DNA of 64,000 nt. It comes from Raillietiella orientalis (taxonomy: Eukaryota). This document shows, one piece after another, positions 62,801 to 64,000 of the stretch. The first letter of the stretch is position 1. Every line of letters starts with the position of its first letter. Both the position numbers and the translations under genes were made by a program. The stretch spans positions 3,596,001 to 3,660,000 of the forward strand of contig JAYWIR010000008.1 of NCBI GenBank assembly GCA_036172245.1, read 5' to 3'. The notes under the pieces are model-generated. The model saw only the letters and a list, made by a program, of their open reading frames with translations, did not search any database and was not told the origin of the DNA.

Positions 62801-64000
62801 GCCGAGGACGCTGCTGGTTGAAGGAGAAGGGGTGCTCCCGTGCCCGCCACGAAACAGTTCTCTTGGCGGCTCTGGAGTCGCGGCTGCCCCTTCCTCCACG
62901 CAGCAAAGGCCCCACGTCGTGCAGCAGCGCCGCCGCCGGTCGCAAAGAGGACCTTTTTCTCCTGAGCTGCTGCTAGGTGATGAGGAGACCGCATCCCTGG
63001 GGACCAGGAGCTGCGAGTCACGCCCTATGGGCCACCATGAGGATCGAGGATGCTCACGAGCGCCATCTTTCTTTCGTATGATCCCCACTCAGGAGCTCTC
63101 GGCTTGGCAGAGACGACGTGAGTCTTTGGAGACTTCGTCCTCCTCCTCGCATGGCGCTGGGAGTTCTTCGGCTTCGCCAAGTTCATCTGCGAGGGGAGGT
63201 GACCCCTGAACCGCCTAGGGCTGTGCCGGGCTGGGCGTCTGCTCGACAGCTCGCACGCAGTCCGCAGCGGGAAAAAAAAATGGCCGCTCGTGCATGCACG
63301 CAGTACGAGTACCAGTCGTTCAGGTAATCCTGCCCTGAGGGGTTCGATCACGACGGAGCCTGCCCGATCGAAAATCGACCGATCAGGTGTGGAGTGATGG
63401 TGGGGGATTTCGGGAACGCGAAGGGAAACCCCCGCCGCCGCCGCACGCGAAAACCCGCCCGCCCGCGTCGCGCCCGGCCTTTCGCGCAAAGCAGTGGGCT
63501 CGCGAAGCACGCGCGACTTGCGCACTTCCGTTCTGACTCTTTCAGCCGGACTTTCACGGAGAGACACGTGAGGGGGGTCACGCAATCCCGCGAAGATCCC
63601 ACACGTTCCGACGACCGGTGTTGCGTGCAGTAGCTGCCCCAGCCCCACCAGGCAAGTCGCTCCGCTCCGCCGCCGGAACGGCGACCGTCGTTGCCAGTCT
63701 CGGGTTCGCGGATTCCACGCGAGATGGCGATACGGTCGGGCTTTCCCGCGAATTCCTGGTCGCTTTCGTCGTCCGGCGCCCTCGTGAAATCCACAAAATA
63801 GGGCGCCTCTTGTCCGAAAAACCGCTGCAAGACACGCTTCTGCCTTTTTTTTTTTTCTAAACGGAATTCTGGAGTTTGGATCACCTCCAGTACCATCGTT
63901 TGTGGTGACCCAGCGCACTGATGAGTTCGAAATCCGGTGATGATGATGCCTGCTCCCTGCTTGCAGAGATGCAGAAAAATTTCGAGGAAGAATAAGGGAA
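59900..64000 (+). mobile_element. Decayed near-full-length LINE: ORF1 relic (~59.9-60.6 kb) and APE endonuclease relic (~62.9-63.9 kb)
   Basis: ORF1-like FTGILRAR..IPDH..VFVTGTPNTDYR. APE-like, in order: ELLLGDEET (DI..LQET), MVGDFG (GDFN), RTFT..QSRED (FT...SRID), KIGRLLSEKPLQD (G.WKLN..LL.D). Confidence 0.42.

Overview
Eukaryotic (invertebrate animal) genomic DNA; most ORFs in the supplied track are artefacts of GC-rich sequence. Five spliced or intronless protein genes can be rebuilt by hand: an AKAP10/D-AKAP2-like RGS protein (+, ~14.4-16.2 kb), a GPR143/OA1 orphan GPCR (-, 25.4->16.3 kb, tail-to-tail with AKAP10 with only 30 bp between stops), an inhibitory-type serpin with P1 Arg and an apparent N-terminal membrane anchor (+, 38.1-44.8 kb), an intronless SRR1/SRRD-like gene (-, 47.4-48.2 kb) and trimethyllysine dioxygenase TMLHE (-, 55.7-57.0 kb). 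There is also a possible unannotated spliced transcript divergent from AKAP10. Most introns are 39-48 nt, which suggests a compact-intron lineage such as a nematode (inference only). Much of the rest appears to be decayed L1/Tx1-type non-LTR retrotransposons, three of which share an AATAAA+hairpin 3' end, plus a three-copy SINE-like repeat. The window is a sharp mosaic of AT-rich, CpG-poor gene clusters and very GC/CpG-rich TE relics. All homology calls come from remembered motifs; no database searches were run.
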